Shown: positions 1 through 9,306 of the stretch, piece after piece | How positions within the stretch are numbered: position 1 is the first letter of the stretch | Layout: each line of letters starts with the position of its first letter | Assembly: GCA_947084965.1 (NCBI GenBank) | Contig: CAMTUG010000001.1 | Coordinates: forward strand, 1,375-65,374 | Origin: an uncultured Parcubacteria group bacterium | GTDB taxonomy: Bacteria; Patescibacteriota; Patescibacteriia; UBA9934; CAMTUG01 | Length of the DNA: 64,000 nucleotides | Direction: 5' to 3' | Made by a program: the position numbers and the translations under genes | The notes under the pieces: generated by a model | The model's input: only the letters and a program-made list of their open reading frames with translations | Database searches by the model: none | What the model was told of the DNA's origin: nothing

Positions 1-301
1 GCGTGACGATGCAGGGAAGATTAATCGCATCGTTGAGTTTAAAGATGCAAGCGAAGCAGAAAAGGCGATCACAGAAGTGAACCCTGCGTATATGATTTTC
101 CGTCGTGATTGGTTGTGTGAAAATGTTCGATCAATTACCACGAAAAATGCTCAAGGTGAATACTATCTCACAGACCTCGTACAGCTGGCGGTGGATCAGG
201 GGCAAAAGATTAACTCGATCATCGTCGAGAATCCTATTGAGGCGATTGGGATCAATACGCCCGAGCAGTTAAAAGCCGCCGAAGAGGCACTTGAGCATTA
301 G
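1..301 (+). CDS. Sugar-1-phosphate nucleotidyltransferase, 5'-truncated by the window edge. It looks like the GlmU uridyltransferase domain only, with no acetyltransferase part.
   Basis: The open frame runs from position 2 to the stop at 299-301. The motif NAQGEYYLTDLVQLAVDQG closely matches the GlmU N-terminal-domain motif NAQGEYYITDII. The protein ends right after this domain. Confidence 0.6.
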   Translation, partial: RDDAGKINRIVEFKDASEAEKAITEVNPAYMIFRRDWLCENVRSITTKNAQGEYYLTDLVQLAVDQGQKINSIIVENPIEAIGINTPEQLKAAEEALEH

Positions 302-1559
302 TACGTTTTATATGCGAGTCATTACCGACTGGCATTTACATTCCAAGTATTCCCGCGCATGTTCTCAAGAGTTAACGCTTGAGAACAATGCGTTATGGTG
401 TGAAAAAAAGGGGGTCAATGTGCTCGGCACAGCTGACTTTACACACCCGAAGTGGTTTGCGGAGATCAAAAAAAAGTTGGAGGAGGCCGAACAGGGGATG
501 TTCAAGTTGAAAGGGTCGGACTCAAAGATGCGCTACATGCTCACCACCGAAGTGGCCCAGATTTATAAAAAAGACGGGGCGGTACGACGCATTCACAATA
601 TTATCTTGGCGCCGACGATCGCTAGTGTGGAAGCGATCATTAAAGCGCTGACGGATCGTGGGTGTAATTTGTCAGCCGATGGTCGACCGATTCTTGGAAT
701 CGAATCCGAGGAGCTCATGAAGATTCTGATCGGGGTCGATGAAAAGATCATGTTGATTCCGGCGCATGCTTGGACGCCGTGGTTCTCCGTATTTGGATCA
801 AAGTCTGGCTTCAACTCGCTCGAAGCGTGCTATGGCACAATGGCTAAGTATATTTACGCGATTGAAACGGGGCTCTCAAGTGACCCGCTCATGAATCGTC
901 GGTTGAGTGCACTCGATAACCTCATGTTGATCAGCAATTCAGACGCGCATTCACCGCGCAACTTTGGGCGGGAGGCGAACGTGTTCGAAATGGATCCGGA
1001 CAAGATTACCTACGATGAGTTTTTGCGTATCTTTAAGGAACGCGATACATCCAAGTTCAAATACACGATCGAGTTTTATCCAGAAGAAGGGAAGTATCAT
1101 GTGGATGGTCACGCAGACTGTCAGTTTTTTTGCGATCCAACAGAAACAAAGCGGCTCGGTGGCAAATGCCCAAAGTGCGGCAAGCGATTAACGGTCGGTG
1201 TTCTTTCTCGCGTCCAGGAGCTGGCGGATCGGCCAGCCAGTGCTCCTGATGCGAGCTTTAAATCGATCGTTCCTCTTGAAATCATCATCGCTGAGTGTCT
1301 CGGTGTTTCTGGCGCCGGATCGAAAAAAGTTCAAGCGATGTACGAACGTTTGATTAAAGAAGTCGGCACCGAATTCACGGTCCTTCTCGATGCTCCCATT
1401 TCTGAGATCGCCAAGGTTAATGCTACAATTGCTCAAGCCGTTGATCGTGTGCGTATCGGTCAACTCAATATTCGTCCGGGGTATGACGGTATTTTTGGAA
1501 AGGTGAAGATCTTTCCAGATGATCACGAGATGCGCCGAAAACAACTGAGCATTTTGTAA
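291..1559 (+). CDS. PHP-domain protein with a C-terminal zinc ribbon, EndoQ-like (TIGR00375-like)
   Basis: The N-terminus has DWHLHSKYS, a PHP metal-binding His motif. The C-terminus has CDPTETKRLGGKCPKCGKR, a Cys4 ribbon. At 422 aa its size matches archaeal Endonuclease Q. It overlaps the upstream gene by 11 nt. Confidence 0.5.
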   Translation: MSISTFYMRVITDWHLHSKYSRACSQELTLENNALWCEKKGVNVLGTADFTHPKWFAEIKKKLEEAEQGMFKLKGSDSKMRYMLTTEVAQIYKKDGAVRRIHNIILAPTIASVEAIIKALTDRGCNLSADGRPILGIESEELMKILIGVDEKIMLIPAHAWTPWFSVFGSKSGFNSLEACYGTMAKYIYAIETGLSSDPLMNRRLSALDNLMLISNSDAHSPRNFGREANVFEMDPDKITYDEFLRIFKERDTSKFKYTIEFYPEEGKYHVDGHADCQFFCDPTETKRLGGKCPKCGKRLTVGVLSRVQELADRPASAPDASFKSIVPLEIIIAECLGVSGAGSKKVQAMYERLIKEVGTEFTVLLDAPISEIAKVNATIAQAVDRVRIGQLNIRPGYDGIFGKVKIFPDDHEMRRKQLSIL

Positions 1560-1561
1560 CT

Positions 1562-2191
1562 ATGTGTTTTTCTGCAACGGCCAGTTTTGCTGCGGCCGGG
1601 GTGTTGGCAACGGCGGGAGTCGTTGCTTATAAAAAGGCAGGGAAGGATGCTGCACTGCGTTTATACGCCGGTATCCCGCTTTTATTCGCCATCCAGCAGG
1701 CGATAGAGGGCGCTCAGTGGCTTGTTGATCGTCCGAGCGCCATAAGCACTGCCCTCGGATACGGGTTTCTCTTTTTTGCCTATCTTGTCTGGCCCTCCTA
1801 TATTCCCTATGTCGTCTATCGATTAGAAAAAGACCAGCGGCGGAAACATCTGGCACATGACGTGTTGATCGTTGGTTTGATGGCTACGCTGTACGGAATT
1901 ATCGTCCTCGCGCACGATGCGCTCACGGTGTCGGTCCTGAATAAGAGTATCAGTTACCAGATCGATGCCGCTTATTTTGAAATGGCGGTCGGACTCTACG
2001 TCGGCATTGTCTGTGGTTCTCTCCTACTTTCTACGAGGAAGCGAGTAAACGCCTTTGGTTTAGTCCTTTTCCTAAGCTATGTGCTCAGTGTGCTGGCGTT
2101 TCAGGCAACGTTTACCTCTGTCTGGTGTTATTTTTCCGCCGTACTTTCTGTGTTTGTCCTTTGGGAGATCATGGCTGTTAGGAAAAAATAA
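1562..2191 (+). CDS. Hypothetical integral membrane protein
   Basis: 209 aa with several hydrophobic helices. ATG at 1562, 2 nt after the upstream stop. I recognise no family. Confidence 0.5.
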   Translation: MCFSATASFAAAGVLATAGVVAYKKAGKDAALRLYAGIPLLFAIQQAIEGAQWLVDRPSAISTALGYGFLFFAYLVWPSYIPYVVYRLEKDQRRKHLAHDVLIVGLMATLYGIIVLAHDALTVSVLNKSISYQIDAAYFEMAVGLYVGIVCGSLLLSTRKRVNAFGLVLFLSYVLSVLAFQATFTSVWCYFSAVLSVFVLWEIMAVRKK

Positions 2192-2200
2192 GAGAAATCA

Positions 2201-2233
2201 AAAATCCTCCATCGAATTCACGTGGAGGATTTT
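2201..2233. terminator. Bidirectional stem-loop between two convergent genes
   Basis: The arms AAAATCCTCCA (2201-2211) and TGGAGGATTTT (2223-2233) flank an 11-nt loop. Both sides are A/T-rich. Confidence 0.6.
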
Positions 2234-2244
2234 TGTATTCACGC

Positions 2245-2358
2245 TTACGCGCGCTTTTTCGAAGCGGCTTTGCGCTTCTTCGGAGCCGCCTTGCGCTTTG
2301 CCGGTTTCTTTGCGGCTTTGCGCTTCGCTGGCTTCTTGGCCTTTTTCTTGGCTGCCAT
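2245..2358 (-). CDS. Small lysine/alanine-rich basic protein of 37 aa, histone H1/Hc1-like, built from AKKPAKRKA repeats
   Basis: ATG at 2358-2356 and TAA at 2247-2245. Translation is MAAKKKAKKPAKRKAAKKPAKRKAAPKKRKAASKKRA. The terminator hairpin lies directly downstream. A possible TTTCAT-N16-TATACT promoter lies upstream. There is no clear Shine-Dalgarno sequence. It is absent from the ORF track because it is under 60 aa. Confidence 0.5.
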   Translation of the reverse strand: MAAKKKAKKPAKRKAAKKPAKRKAAPKKRKAASKKRA

Positions 2359-2494
2359 AGAAGTATGGGTTAAAAATAATTTCTGTAATGAACGTCCTCC
2401 TCACGATCGACTTTGAAAATTATTTCGTGAGATGTGACTAGTATACGACAACTATTTTTAAATGAAAATAGTTTTACAAAAATTGTCAAGAGTA

Positions 2495-3823
2495 TTACTC
2501 GCGTACTTCAACCGGAATACCGACGGAAGACCAATGATAGATCCATTGAATATTTTCTAAATTCACATTGACGCATCCATGACTCATCGGATGACCGAAG
2601 TTATTATGCCAGTAGGCGTAGTGAATGTAGATGTGTGGGAAGATGCGTAAGTTCCATGGAACGAGTCCTAGCGAGTAATTATTTGGATTCCCCGGGCCGT
2701 AACTCCAGGTGTAATCGACATACGGAAGTTTGGCGAGGACAGAGGTCATTCCTGTGGGTGTGATGAATGGCAATTTTCCGCTAGAAATCAAGAAACTATT
2801 AGCTAAAATGCCATTTTCATAGGCGTACAGGCGTTGGTCAGAGATATCGATCTCGATACGTTTTGCTTCTGTAGATTCATCAAAGAACGGACGATCAGCA
2901 ACGGCAATAATTTCCTCAATACCATCGTTGTCGAAGTCCGCCGTAGCAGCGTTGACACTTCCGAACGGAACAGTTGCCGTAAAGACGACTGCGGTGTTGG
3001 CGACGAATCCACCGTCTTCGGCTGTCGTAAATAATTTATCGTCAACAAAAATCATCCCCGTCGTTGTCGTTGTGTGATTTTCTACGATCGCTGATTCTTG
3101 CACGGGGCTGTGGATAACATAGGATTTCACAACATGATTTCCTGTTGTGCGTTGCAAGGTTGTGTACAAAACTCCTTTGTGAATCGCTGCGACGACTCCT
3201 CCGCGCTCCTCTTGAGCGAAGGAAAAAAATTCCTGATTGAGAATCCATGCGTCATTTGAGTATTTCCAGATGCGTACGTGTGGACCGCCGCTCGGTCCTG
3301 GTGTTGTGACAAGTTCGTCTTCTCCGTCATCATCCAGATCTCCGCAGGCGAGGTTCACCCCACCGCGGAACGTTTCGGCGTAAGCAAAGAATCCAACCTC
3401 TTTTATTTCCCCGACGTTATTGAAGGTGCGCACCTGCGGTCCGCCACCATATTGTGTACCGGTAATGATATCGTTGACCCCGTCGCCGTCCGGATCGCAC
3501 ACCGCGACAGTCACGCCCGTCCCCATGGTCGGTTCATACGCAAGGAAACCCCCGACCTCTGAACCGTCTTCGCGATACACTGTGACGCGCGGTTCGTTGC
3601 CGAGGCCGTTAGCGATGATAATCTCTGGCACGCCATCGTTGCCAAGATCCCCGGCCGCGACTTTGGCTCCACCTGCCTCGTTGCCGGTGGCGATAGGGAA
3701 CGAAGATCGTTCTGTGCCGTCTGTGCTCAGAATTTGAACGGTGAGGGATGGGCTATGCCAGGCGGAAGCCGTTCCTGGGATGGTCAGGATGAAGAGAAAC
3801 AGGGGAATGAGGGCAAAGCGCAT
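2495..3823 (-). CDS. Secreted FG-GAP/VCBS-repeat protein with a C-terminal L,D-transpeptidase (YkuD) catalytic domain
   Basis: N-terminal signal peptide. At least four D-x-D-x-DG repeats (GDLGNDGVPEIII, CDPDGDGVNDIIT, GDLDDDGEDELV, ADFDNDGIEEII). The C-terminus has HYAYWHNNFGHPMSHGCVNV, which is the His/Cys catalytic motif of L,D-transpeptidases. Confidence 0.65.
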   Translation of the reverse strand: MRFALIPLFLFILTIPGTASAWHSPSLTVQILSTDGTERSSFPIATGNEAGGAKVAAGDLGNDGVPEIIIANGLGNEPRVTVYREDGSEVGGFLAYEPTMGTGVTVAVCDPDGDGVNDIITGTQYGGGPQVRTFNNVGEIKEVGFFAYAETFRGGVNLACGDLDDDGEDELVTTPGPSGGPHVRIWKYSNDAWILNQEFFSFAQEERGGVVAAIHKGVLYTTLQRTTGNHVVKSYVIHSPVQESAIVENHTTTTTGMIFVDDKLFTTAEDGGFVANTAVVFTATVPFGSVNAATADFDNDGIEEIIAVADRPFFDESTEAKRIEIDISDQRLYAYENGILANSFLISSGKLPFITPTGMTSVLAKLPYVDYTWSYGPGNPNNYSLGLVPWNLRIFPHIYIHYAYWHNNFGHPMSHGCVNVNLENIQWIYHWSSVGIPVEVRE

Positions 3824-3858
3824 AATGCAGGTATTCTACCAGAATCTACAAACAACCC

Positions 3859-6834
3859 CTATTTCGCCGGGATCTCGTACCCGTCCTGCCAGGAATAAGC
3901 GAAGGGGGCGTAGGAAAATTGATGATGCTCGGACAAAGATTTGGTTGGTAATTTCATTTCACGCACTAAGCCGTGCAATTCTTCACGGTTCGTAAAGATC
4001 GTTGGGTTGGTCGGAATTAGCACAGATTCAGCTTTGATTGCTTGGGCGCTTCGTTTGGCGAAATCGATCATCGCCCGTAGCACGCGCTCACCACTTACTT
4101 CTCGTAGCATTGTCAGGCTTGGGTTGATCCCTGGAAGGGAAAGATACTTCTTCTTGCCGTCCTGAACGATTTCAAAGTGCATGCCCCCACGTGCCACCCC
4201 GTCATCGCCAAACATGATCACATTGCTGAAGTCTTCTTTGTTCCACAGTTGATCGTCGACTGCCACGCAGACCCCCATGTTTAACCCGGCCACGGCATGT
4301 AGTTTACGTTTACTGATCTCAAATCGTATCTGGCGCTGCTCGCCACCTTCCGCACCTTCGATAAATAACCATTTCTCCAACTGACGGTCCATAGCTGGAC
4401 CGTCAGAACCGAGAATTTTAGTGACGATTTGGGAAGAGACTTTTCCCGCTTCGGTCGTTGTACCTTCTGATTCAAACAGCATTAATTCTACGATCGCGGC
4501 GACAGCAGACTCGAGGACGTCCTTATCCTCAATCCCTTCGATGGATGAACGAACCTGCTCATAGGGGTCACCTTCAAATGCTACGCCGAGGTCTTTGAGC
4601 ATCACTCGCATGCGTTCGCTTTTTTGCTCGGCGGTCATGCGTTGATTCCCAAGCATCCCGACGATCGATTTGGTCATCGCCTTTTTTGCTTTTGGTGAAA
4701 TCTCGCGCCGTGTCGCTGCAGTCACCTCGGCTTCGAATGTCACTGGATCGGCTTCGTGGTACGCACGCAATGCTGCATCAATCACGTCGCGCAAGGCGTC
4801 CTTAGACCATTCGGTTAGGCGTGCTGCTTCTTCGCGACCACTAACGAAATCTGGAAGTTTTGTCCCACCCCGAGCGAGAAAGAGGGCATAGCCATCACGC
4901 AAGGCCGCTTTTGTGCTCGCGGACGATGATTCGGTTAAAATACGAACCATCCTTCTACCGACTTCGACGATCTGCACTTGGCTCATTAAAATTTCATCTT
5001 TCCCTACTTGTTCTTTCTCCTCAGTAATCACTTTTTTATCATTGACGTCGGCAACGGCTTCGCCGATGCGGTTCCAGGGACTCAGTTCAAATGTTTCTCC
5101 CTTTGCTAGTTCCCACTTTCCGACAGGGAAGGAAACGGTTTCTCCTTGTAGAGTTTCCCATTCCGGTGGGATATCATCCTGCCGATCTTTTCTTCGTTGC
5201 ACTAGCCGTGCATATTCTTCGCGCGAGACTCCCAACGCTGGTGGAAATACGTGTGAAAGCAATCCGAGTTTTTCTTCGTCCAGCCCCCCTTCCGGCCACA
5301 CTCCAGATTGGATTTGAGCGATTGCCTTTCCAACTTCTGCACTCATTTCACGGACGACATCCTTGATCGTCTGTCCACTTTTCAGACGAGAGCTGAAGTC
5401 ATTATATAACTGACGTGTCCACGGCAACTTGGAATCAAGATAGGGAGCGAGATTTTGCTGCGTGCCGAGAGATTGGCCGAAAACTGTGTACCATGTGGTG
5501 TCTGTTGGACTATCCTTTGCAAAGTTAATCTCCTGATAGAATTCCAAAAAATCTTGAAACCTGGCTCCTGTTTTTGATTGGATATATCGCAAAAGTTTCG
5601 CGGACCCCTCATCTGGTACCATGATATCTAAAATACTACGGTTAGCTTGGTGTCCAGAATCCCAAATACTATCTCTAAGAAAACCGAATGTGCGAAATGC
5701 TGAAGCGCCCTGGCTTTCAAGTGTCGGGCGTATCACCCCATCAACCACCTCTTTTGGTGGAAGCTCCCATGTATCGTACATCATGTCAGCCACACTGTTC
5801 AGGTTATGGCTCACCGCGGCAGGTGGAAGTTGTTGGATAATTTTTGGTAATTGTTGGCGGATAAAGTTTTGGTACTCTTCTTTGTATCCTTTCGCCCGAT
5901 CTGGGATGAGCGAAAGCGCCCACTCACGGTCTTCGGGGGTCATTTTTTCGAATCCGTCGAATCCACTAGAAAGTGCCGTCTGTTCCCGTTGATTGAATTG
6001 CCAGTTAGTTACATCGTTTTCGCTAAATTCAATTTCGCGCATTACAGGCAAAGTCAGGCTCATGTAGGCAGGAGTTTTCCCCCTTGCCGGGGAGGAGAGG
6101 ATCGAGCGAAGTTCTTTATTCGTCAACAGTTCTTGTAAGCGACCAAGATCGTCTCCTTTAATCGCCTCGAGAATTGCACGTTGATCGTTTCTGTATTTCT
6201 CGCGGGCGATCGTATTCCATTCGTCTACTGGAATCGCATCACTAAAATCATTCCGACAGACATCCATCGCGTAGATCGAAACGTTTGCTCCTAGAGCTTC
6301 GTCGACGAGTTTACGTTTTTGTTCTGGGGTGAATTGTTTCCATGGTGCACGACCAAAGGTATCCTCGGTCATTCGTATCTGAGACCATTTTTCTCTCGCC
6401 AGCTCTGGTTCTACACGTTCCATCACGGCGCGGGGGACATACATCGTAGAAAAGTCAGGTTGCGAGAAAAAGATCTGCTGAATTTCTGGAATAGATTGCA
6501 CACCGGCTGGTAGAGCAGAGAATAATCCAGCAATACCGATTTCGTACCCATGCTTAATAAGGGCGTGTTTCCAGAAACGCGGGTCAGAAAGTAATTTACT
6601 ATCAATCTGGTCAATAACTGGTATGTATATGCTGGCCCAGTCTCGACCTCTGTCATCATTAGGAATCTTAGCTAGTCCGAGCTCGAATTGCTGCAGACCT
6701 TGTTCAATATCTTGGATCTCCTCAGCTTCGCCTTGCTGTTCTAAATCCGTCTCCAACATTTCCTCGCGGAAGCGCTTTTGTTGATCAACAGAACGTCCTC
6801 GGCCGAATCCAATCGTTTCTTGACTTTTTGCCAT
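3859..6834 (-). CDS. Large hypothetical cytoplasmic protein, 991 aa
   Basis: One uninterrupted frame with no signal peptide and no TM segment. I recognise no catalytic motif. It lies immediately downstream of tRNA-Ala and the duplicated tRNA 3' fragment. Confidence 0.55.
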   Translation of the reverse strand: MAKSQETIGFGRGRSVDQQKRFREEMLETDLEQQGEAEEIQDIEQGLQQFELGLAKIPNDDRGRDWASIYIPVIDQIDSKLLSDPRFWKHALIKHGYEIGIAGLFSALPAGVQSIPEIQQIFFSQPDFSTMYVPRAVMERVEPELAREKWSQIRMTEDTFGRAPWKQFTPEQKRKLVDEALGANVSIYAMDVCRNDFSDAIPVDEWNTIAREKYRNDQRAILEAIKGDDLGRLQELLTNKELRSILSSPARGKTPAYMSLTLPVMREIEFSENDVTNWQFNQREQTALSSGFDGFEKMTPEDREWALSLIPDRAKGYKEEYQNFIRQQLPKIIQQLPPAAVSHNLNSVADMMYDTWELPPKEVVDGVIRPTLESQGASAFRTFGFLRDSIWDSGHQANRSILDIMVPDEGSAKLLRYIQSKTGARFQDFLEFYQEINFAKDSPTDTTWYTVFGQSLGTQQNLAPYLDSKLPWTRQLYNDFSSRLKSGQTIKDVVREMSAEVGKAIAQIQSGVWPEGGLDEEKLGLLSHVFPPALGVSREEYARLVQRRKDRQDDIPPEWETLQGETVSFPVGKWELAKGETFELSPWNRIGEAVADVNDKKVITEEKEQVGKDEILMSQVQIVEVGRRMVRILTESSSASTKAALRDGYALFLARGGTKLPDFVSGREEAARLTEWSKDALRDVIDAALRAYHEADPVTFEAEVTAATRREISPKAKKAMTKSIVGMLGNQRMTAEQKSERMRVMLKDLGVAFEGDPYEQVRSSIEGIEDKDVLESAVAAIVELMLFESEGTTTEAGKVSSQIVTKILGSDGPAMDRQLEKWLFIEGAEGGEQRQIRFEISKRKLHAVAGLNMGVCVAVDDQLWNKEDFSNVIMFGDDGVARGGMHFEIVQDGKKKYLSLPGINPSLTMLREVSGERVLRAMIDFAKRSAQAIKAESVLIPTNPTIFTNREELHGLVREMKLPTKSLSEHHQFSYAPFAYSWQDGYEIPAK

Positions 6835-6900
6835 AGAGTTGAATGCAGAAGCATACTAGCATTAACAAAATACCCCAGGCAATGTTTACCTAGGGGATCT

Positions 6901-6920
6901 TGGTGGACCGCAAGAGATTC
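6901..6920 (-). repeat. 20-nt direct copy of the tRNA-Ala 3' end (TGGTGGACCGCAAGAGATTC)
   Basis: Identical to 6994-7013. The ~30 nt upstream of each copy is also similar (AAATACCCC...G.A........GGG.AT.TTGG). Confidence 0.7.
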
Positions 6921-6993
6921 TCACGTCGTCGCCTTCGCTCCTCCCCTTCGAATCTCTACAAAATACCCCCGGCAGGTCATGCCGTGGGTATTT

Positions 6994-7069
6994 TGGTGGA
7001 CCGCAAGAGATTCGAACTCTTGACCCCCTGCTTGCAAAGCAGGTGCTCTACCAACTGAGCTAGCGGCCC
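6994..7069 (-). tRNA. tRNA-Ala(TGC)
   Basis: The reverse complement folds as a cloverleaf. The anticodon loop is TTTGCAA, the acceptor stem has the G3:U70 pair, the T-loop is TTCGAAT and the CCA end is encoded. Confidence 0.9.
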
Positions 7070-7109
7070 GTGCGGCAGAACTATAAGGAATTTACTAGGT
7101 TTCGTCAAT

Positions 7110-8333
7110 CTACCTGTGTTTCTGATTTGTTCGAGCCGTTGGCAGGAGGACAAGGGCCACGGCGATGCCAGCACTTAGAAGAACGATCAGACCGCCGATC
7201 CGCAAGGTCGCTGAAGCCCCTACTGTTGCCAAGAGAAAGCCGGCAGCGGTCGGACCGATCATCCACCCAGCGTCTTCTAAGAAGTTGATCACCCCAGTGA
7301 CGACTCCGTGGTGTTGATTTTTGTCTGCCTTGGCATCAAGCCAAGCCCAAAGGGTGGTGCGCAGGAGCTCATCTCCGAAGGAAAGAGCAAAGCAGATAGC
7401 GATCAAGATTGGATGGAAGGTGAGGCCGAGGAGAGCGCTCATGACGGACACGACGCCGAGCCCGGCGAGGATGAGGACCTTCTTGTTTGTAGAGTCGGCA
7501 AATCGCGCTATGGTGAATCCAGCGATAATCATGGCAAACTCCAGCATCGTCATACTCGCACTCAGAATGCGTGGAGTCGTGCCGGCTTCAATGAGCAATG
7601 GAAAGATGAACCAGACGACACCGTAAAAGCTCGCGATGGATAGGGTGTAGATTCCGAGGATCGTTCCGGCTGGGTGAAGATGATGAAATGAGGCACGAAT
7701 TTCCTGGAGGCCGGCTCGGAACGCCTGGCGCTTCGTCGTGGTGACCGGTGGAAGGGTGTTCGGCATGTGGTAATGATTGCCGACCATCAGTGCGGTAAGG
7801 GCACCGATGAGGGGATAGATGATGATGAGTCCGAGAGTTTGGACCGGGAGGTGGACGAAAAAGGGGAGCCCGAGGGTGGCGATCATGATCCCGCTCCCTT
7901 CAGAAGCGCGCATGACGCCGTACAATCGTCCAAAGATCGGGACCGGACTGTGGGCCAGAAGATAGGCGTTGATCCCAGGGGTAAAAAAGAGCCAGCCGAA
8001 TGCCCCTAAAGTAATGGAGAGGAAGTAGGTCAGCGGGGTCAGGCCGAAGAGGAGGATTCCACCCGCACAGATAAAGAGTACGGTGGTGATGCGCAGCATG
8101 CGCAGATAGCCGTATTTTTCCAAAATGAATCCAGCCGGGATATCGCAAAGGAGTTCGATCAGCGATGCGTAGGACACAGCGAGCCCGACCGCCCAGAGGG
8201 GGAGCACCTGGGATCCGAGGACCGCGATCATTGAATAATGGATCCCGGCGCCGAATTTATAAAGAATGATATAAAACCACAATGGGGAAAATGTGGCGAA
8301 ATTTTCTCGAAATGAAAGCTTAGCGGACGGCAT
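7110..8333 (-). CDS. MFS transporter
   Basis: 407 aa with about 12 hydrophobic helices and an MFS-like arrangement. Confidence 0.75.
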   Translation of the reverse strand: MPSAKLSFRENFATFSPLWFYIILYKFGAGIHYSMIAVLGSQVLPLWAVGLAVSYASLIELLCDIPAGFILEKYGYLRMLRITTVLFICAGGILLFGLTPLTYFLSITLGAFGWLFFTPGINAYLLAHSPVPIFGRLYGVMRASEGSGIMIATLGLPFFVHLPVQTLGLIIIYPLIGALTALMVGNHYHMPNTLPPVTTTKRQAFRAGLQEIRASFHHLHPAGTILGIYTLSIASFYGVVWFIFPLLIEAGTTPRILSASMTMLEFAMIIAGFTIARFADSTNKKVLILAGLGVVSVMSALLGLTFHPILIAICFALSFGDELLRTTLWAWLDAKADKNQHHGVVTGVINFLEDAGWMIGPTAAGFLLATVGASATLRIGGLIVLLSAGIAVALVLLPTARTNQKHR

Positions 8334-9306
8334 TCGGTGGGGTTTTTTTGGAGATGAAGGCGAGGATATTTACGGCCGCGGTTCGACTCATCGCCTGGCG
8401 GGCCCCGTTCGTCGCTGAAGCGGTGTGGGGGGTCATGACCACGTTAGAAAGTTTGCGCAGTTCGAGAGTGTCGTTGGGATTGCAGTCGATCAGCGGTTCG
8501 CATTCGAAGACGTCGATTCCGGCACCGGCGATCTCGTTTTTCACTAGTGCTTTTGTGAGCGCAAGTTCATCAACGACCGGTCCGCGAGCCGTGTTGATTA
8601 AGAATGCCGTTTTCTTCATCCGTTTCAATTCTCTCGTTGAGATCAGGTGGCGGGTTGAGGGGAGAAGGGGAACGTGTAGGCTGACGATGTCCGCCGTTTT
8701 TAGTAGCTGTGTTTGCGAGATGTGTTTTGCACCGAACTTTTTTTCTAGCTCCGGATTGCGTTTCAGGTCAGCGTAGACAATCTTTAGTCCAAACCCGTCA
8801 TGCATACGCTTGGCGAGGGCGGTGCCGATGCGTCCGCCGCCGATCAGTCCGAGCGTTTTGCCCATGACATCTGTTCCGAGAAGCATTTTTGGTCCCCAGC
8901 CGTGGTACTTGCCCGCACGGGCAAACGCGTCCGCCTCAACAATACGATGGGTCAAGGCAAAAATAAGGGCCACGGCGTGTTCAGCGACCGCTTCCGAAAT
9001 CTCTTCCCCTGGAGTGTTGCTGACGATGATCCCGCGTTTTTTCGCTTCGGCCAGATCGATGTTGTCCAACCCAACGGCGTAGTTGGCGATCATCTTGAGC
9101 TGTGGTCCGGCCGCATCCATCACCTCGGCATCCACTTTGTCTGTCAAAATGGAAAGGATCACATCGACCCCTTTGACCCGCTTTAATAACTCCTTGCGCG
9201 GGATCGCCCGATCTTTTTCGTAGATATCAAGCGTTACCCCTTTGGCCTTTTTCAACATCTTCAAACCTTCATCCGGAATATCGCGACAGACGAAAATGCG
9301 GGTCAT
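8320..9306 (-). CDS. D-isomer-specific 2-hydroxyacid dehydrogenase (glyoxylate/hydroxypyruvate reductase-like)
   Basis: NAD-binding motif GLIGGGRIGTALAKR and a catalytic R/E/H layout typical of the family. It overlaps the MFS gene by 14 nt. Confidence 0.85.
   Translation of the reverse strand: MTRIFVCRDIPDEGLKMLKKAKGVTLDIYEKDRAIPRKELLKRVKGVDVILSILTDKVDAEVMDAAGPQLKMIANYAVGLDNIDLAEAKKRGIIVSNTPGEEISEAVAEHAVALIFALTHRIVEADAFARAGKYHGWGPKMLLGTDVMGKTLGLIGGGRIGTALAKRMHDGFGLKIVYADLKRNPELEKKFGAKHISQTQLLKTADIVSLHVPLLPSTRHLISTRELKRMKKTAFLINTARGPVVDELALTKALVKNEIAGAGIDVFECEPLIDCNPNDTLELRKLSNVVMTPHTASATNGARQAMSRTAAVNILAFISKKTPPNAVR

Noticed and set aside
2222-2416. The plus-strand 64-aa ORF rich in AALRF repeats, and the minus-strand 68-aa ORF at 2198-2404.
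   Set aside because: They are mirror-frame or offset reads of the lysine/alanine-rich gene on the minus strand (2245-2358), which has a real start, a real stop and a terminator.
6935-6960. A T-arm-like string, CTTCGAATCTCT, between the two tRNA-Ala 3' copies, considered as a possible second tRNA or pseudo-tRNA.
   Set aside because: No acceptor, D or anticodon arms can be formed around it. It is most likely debris of the same duplication.
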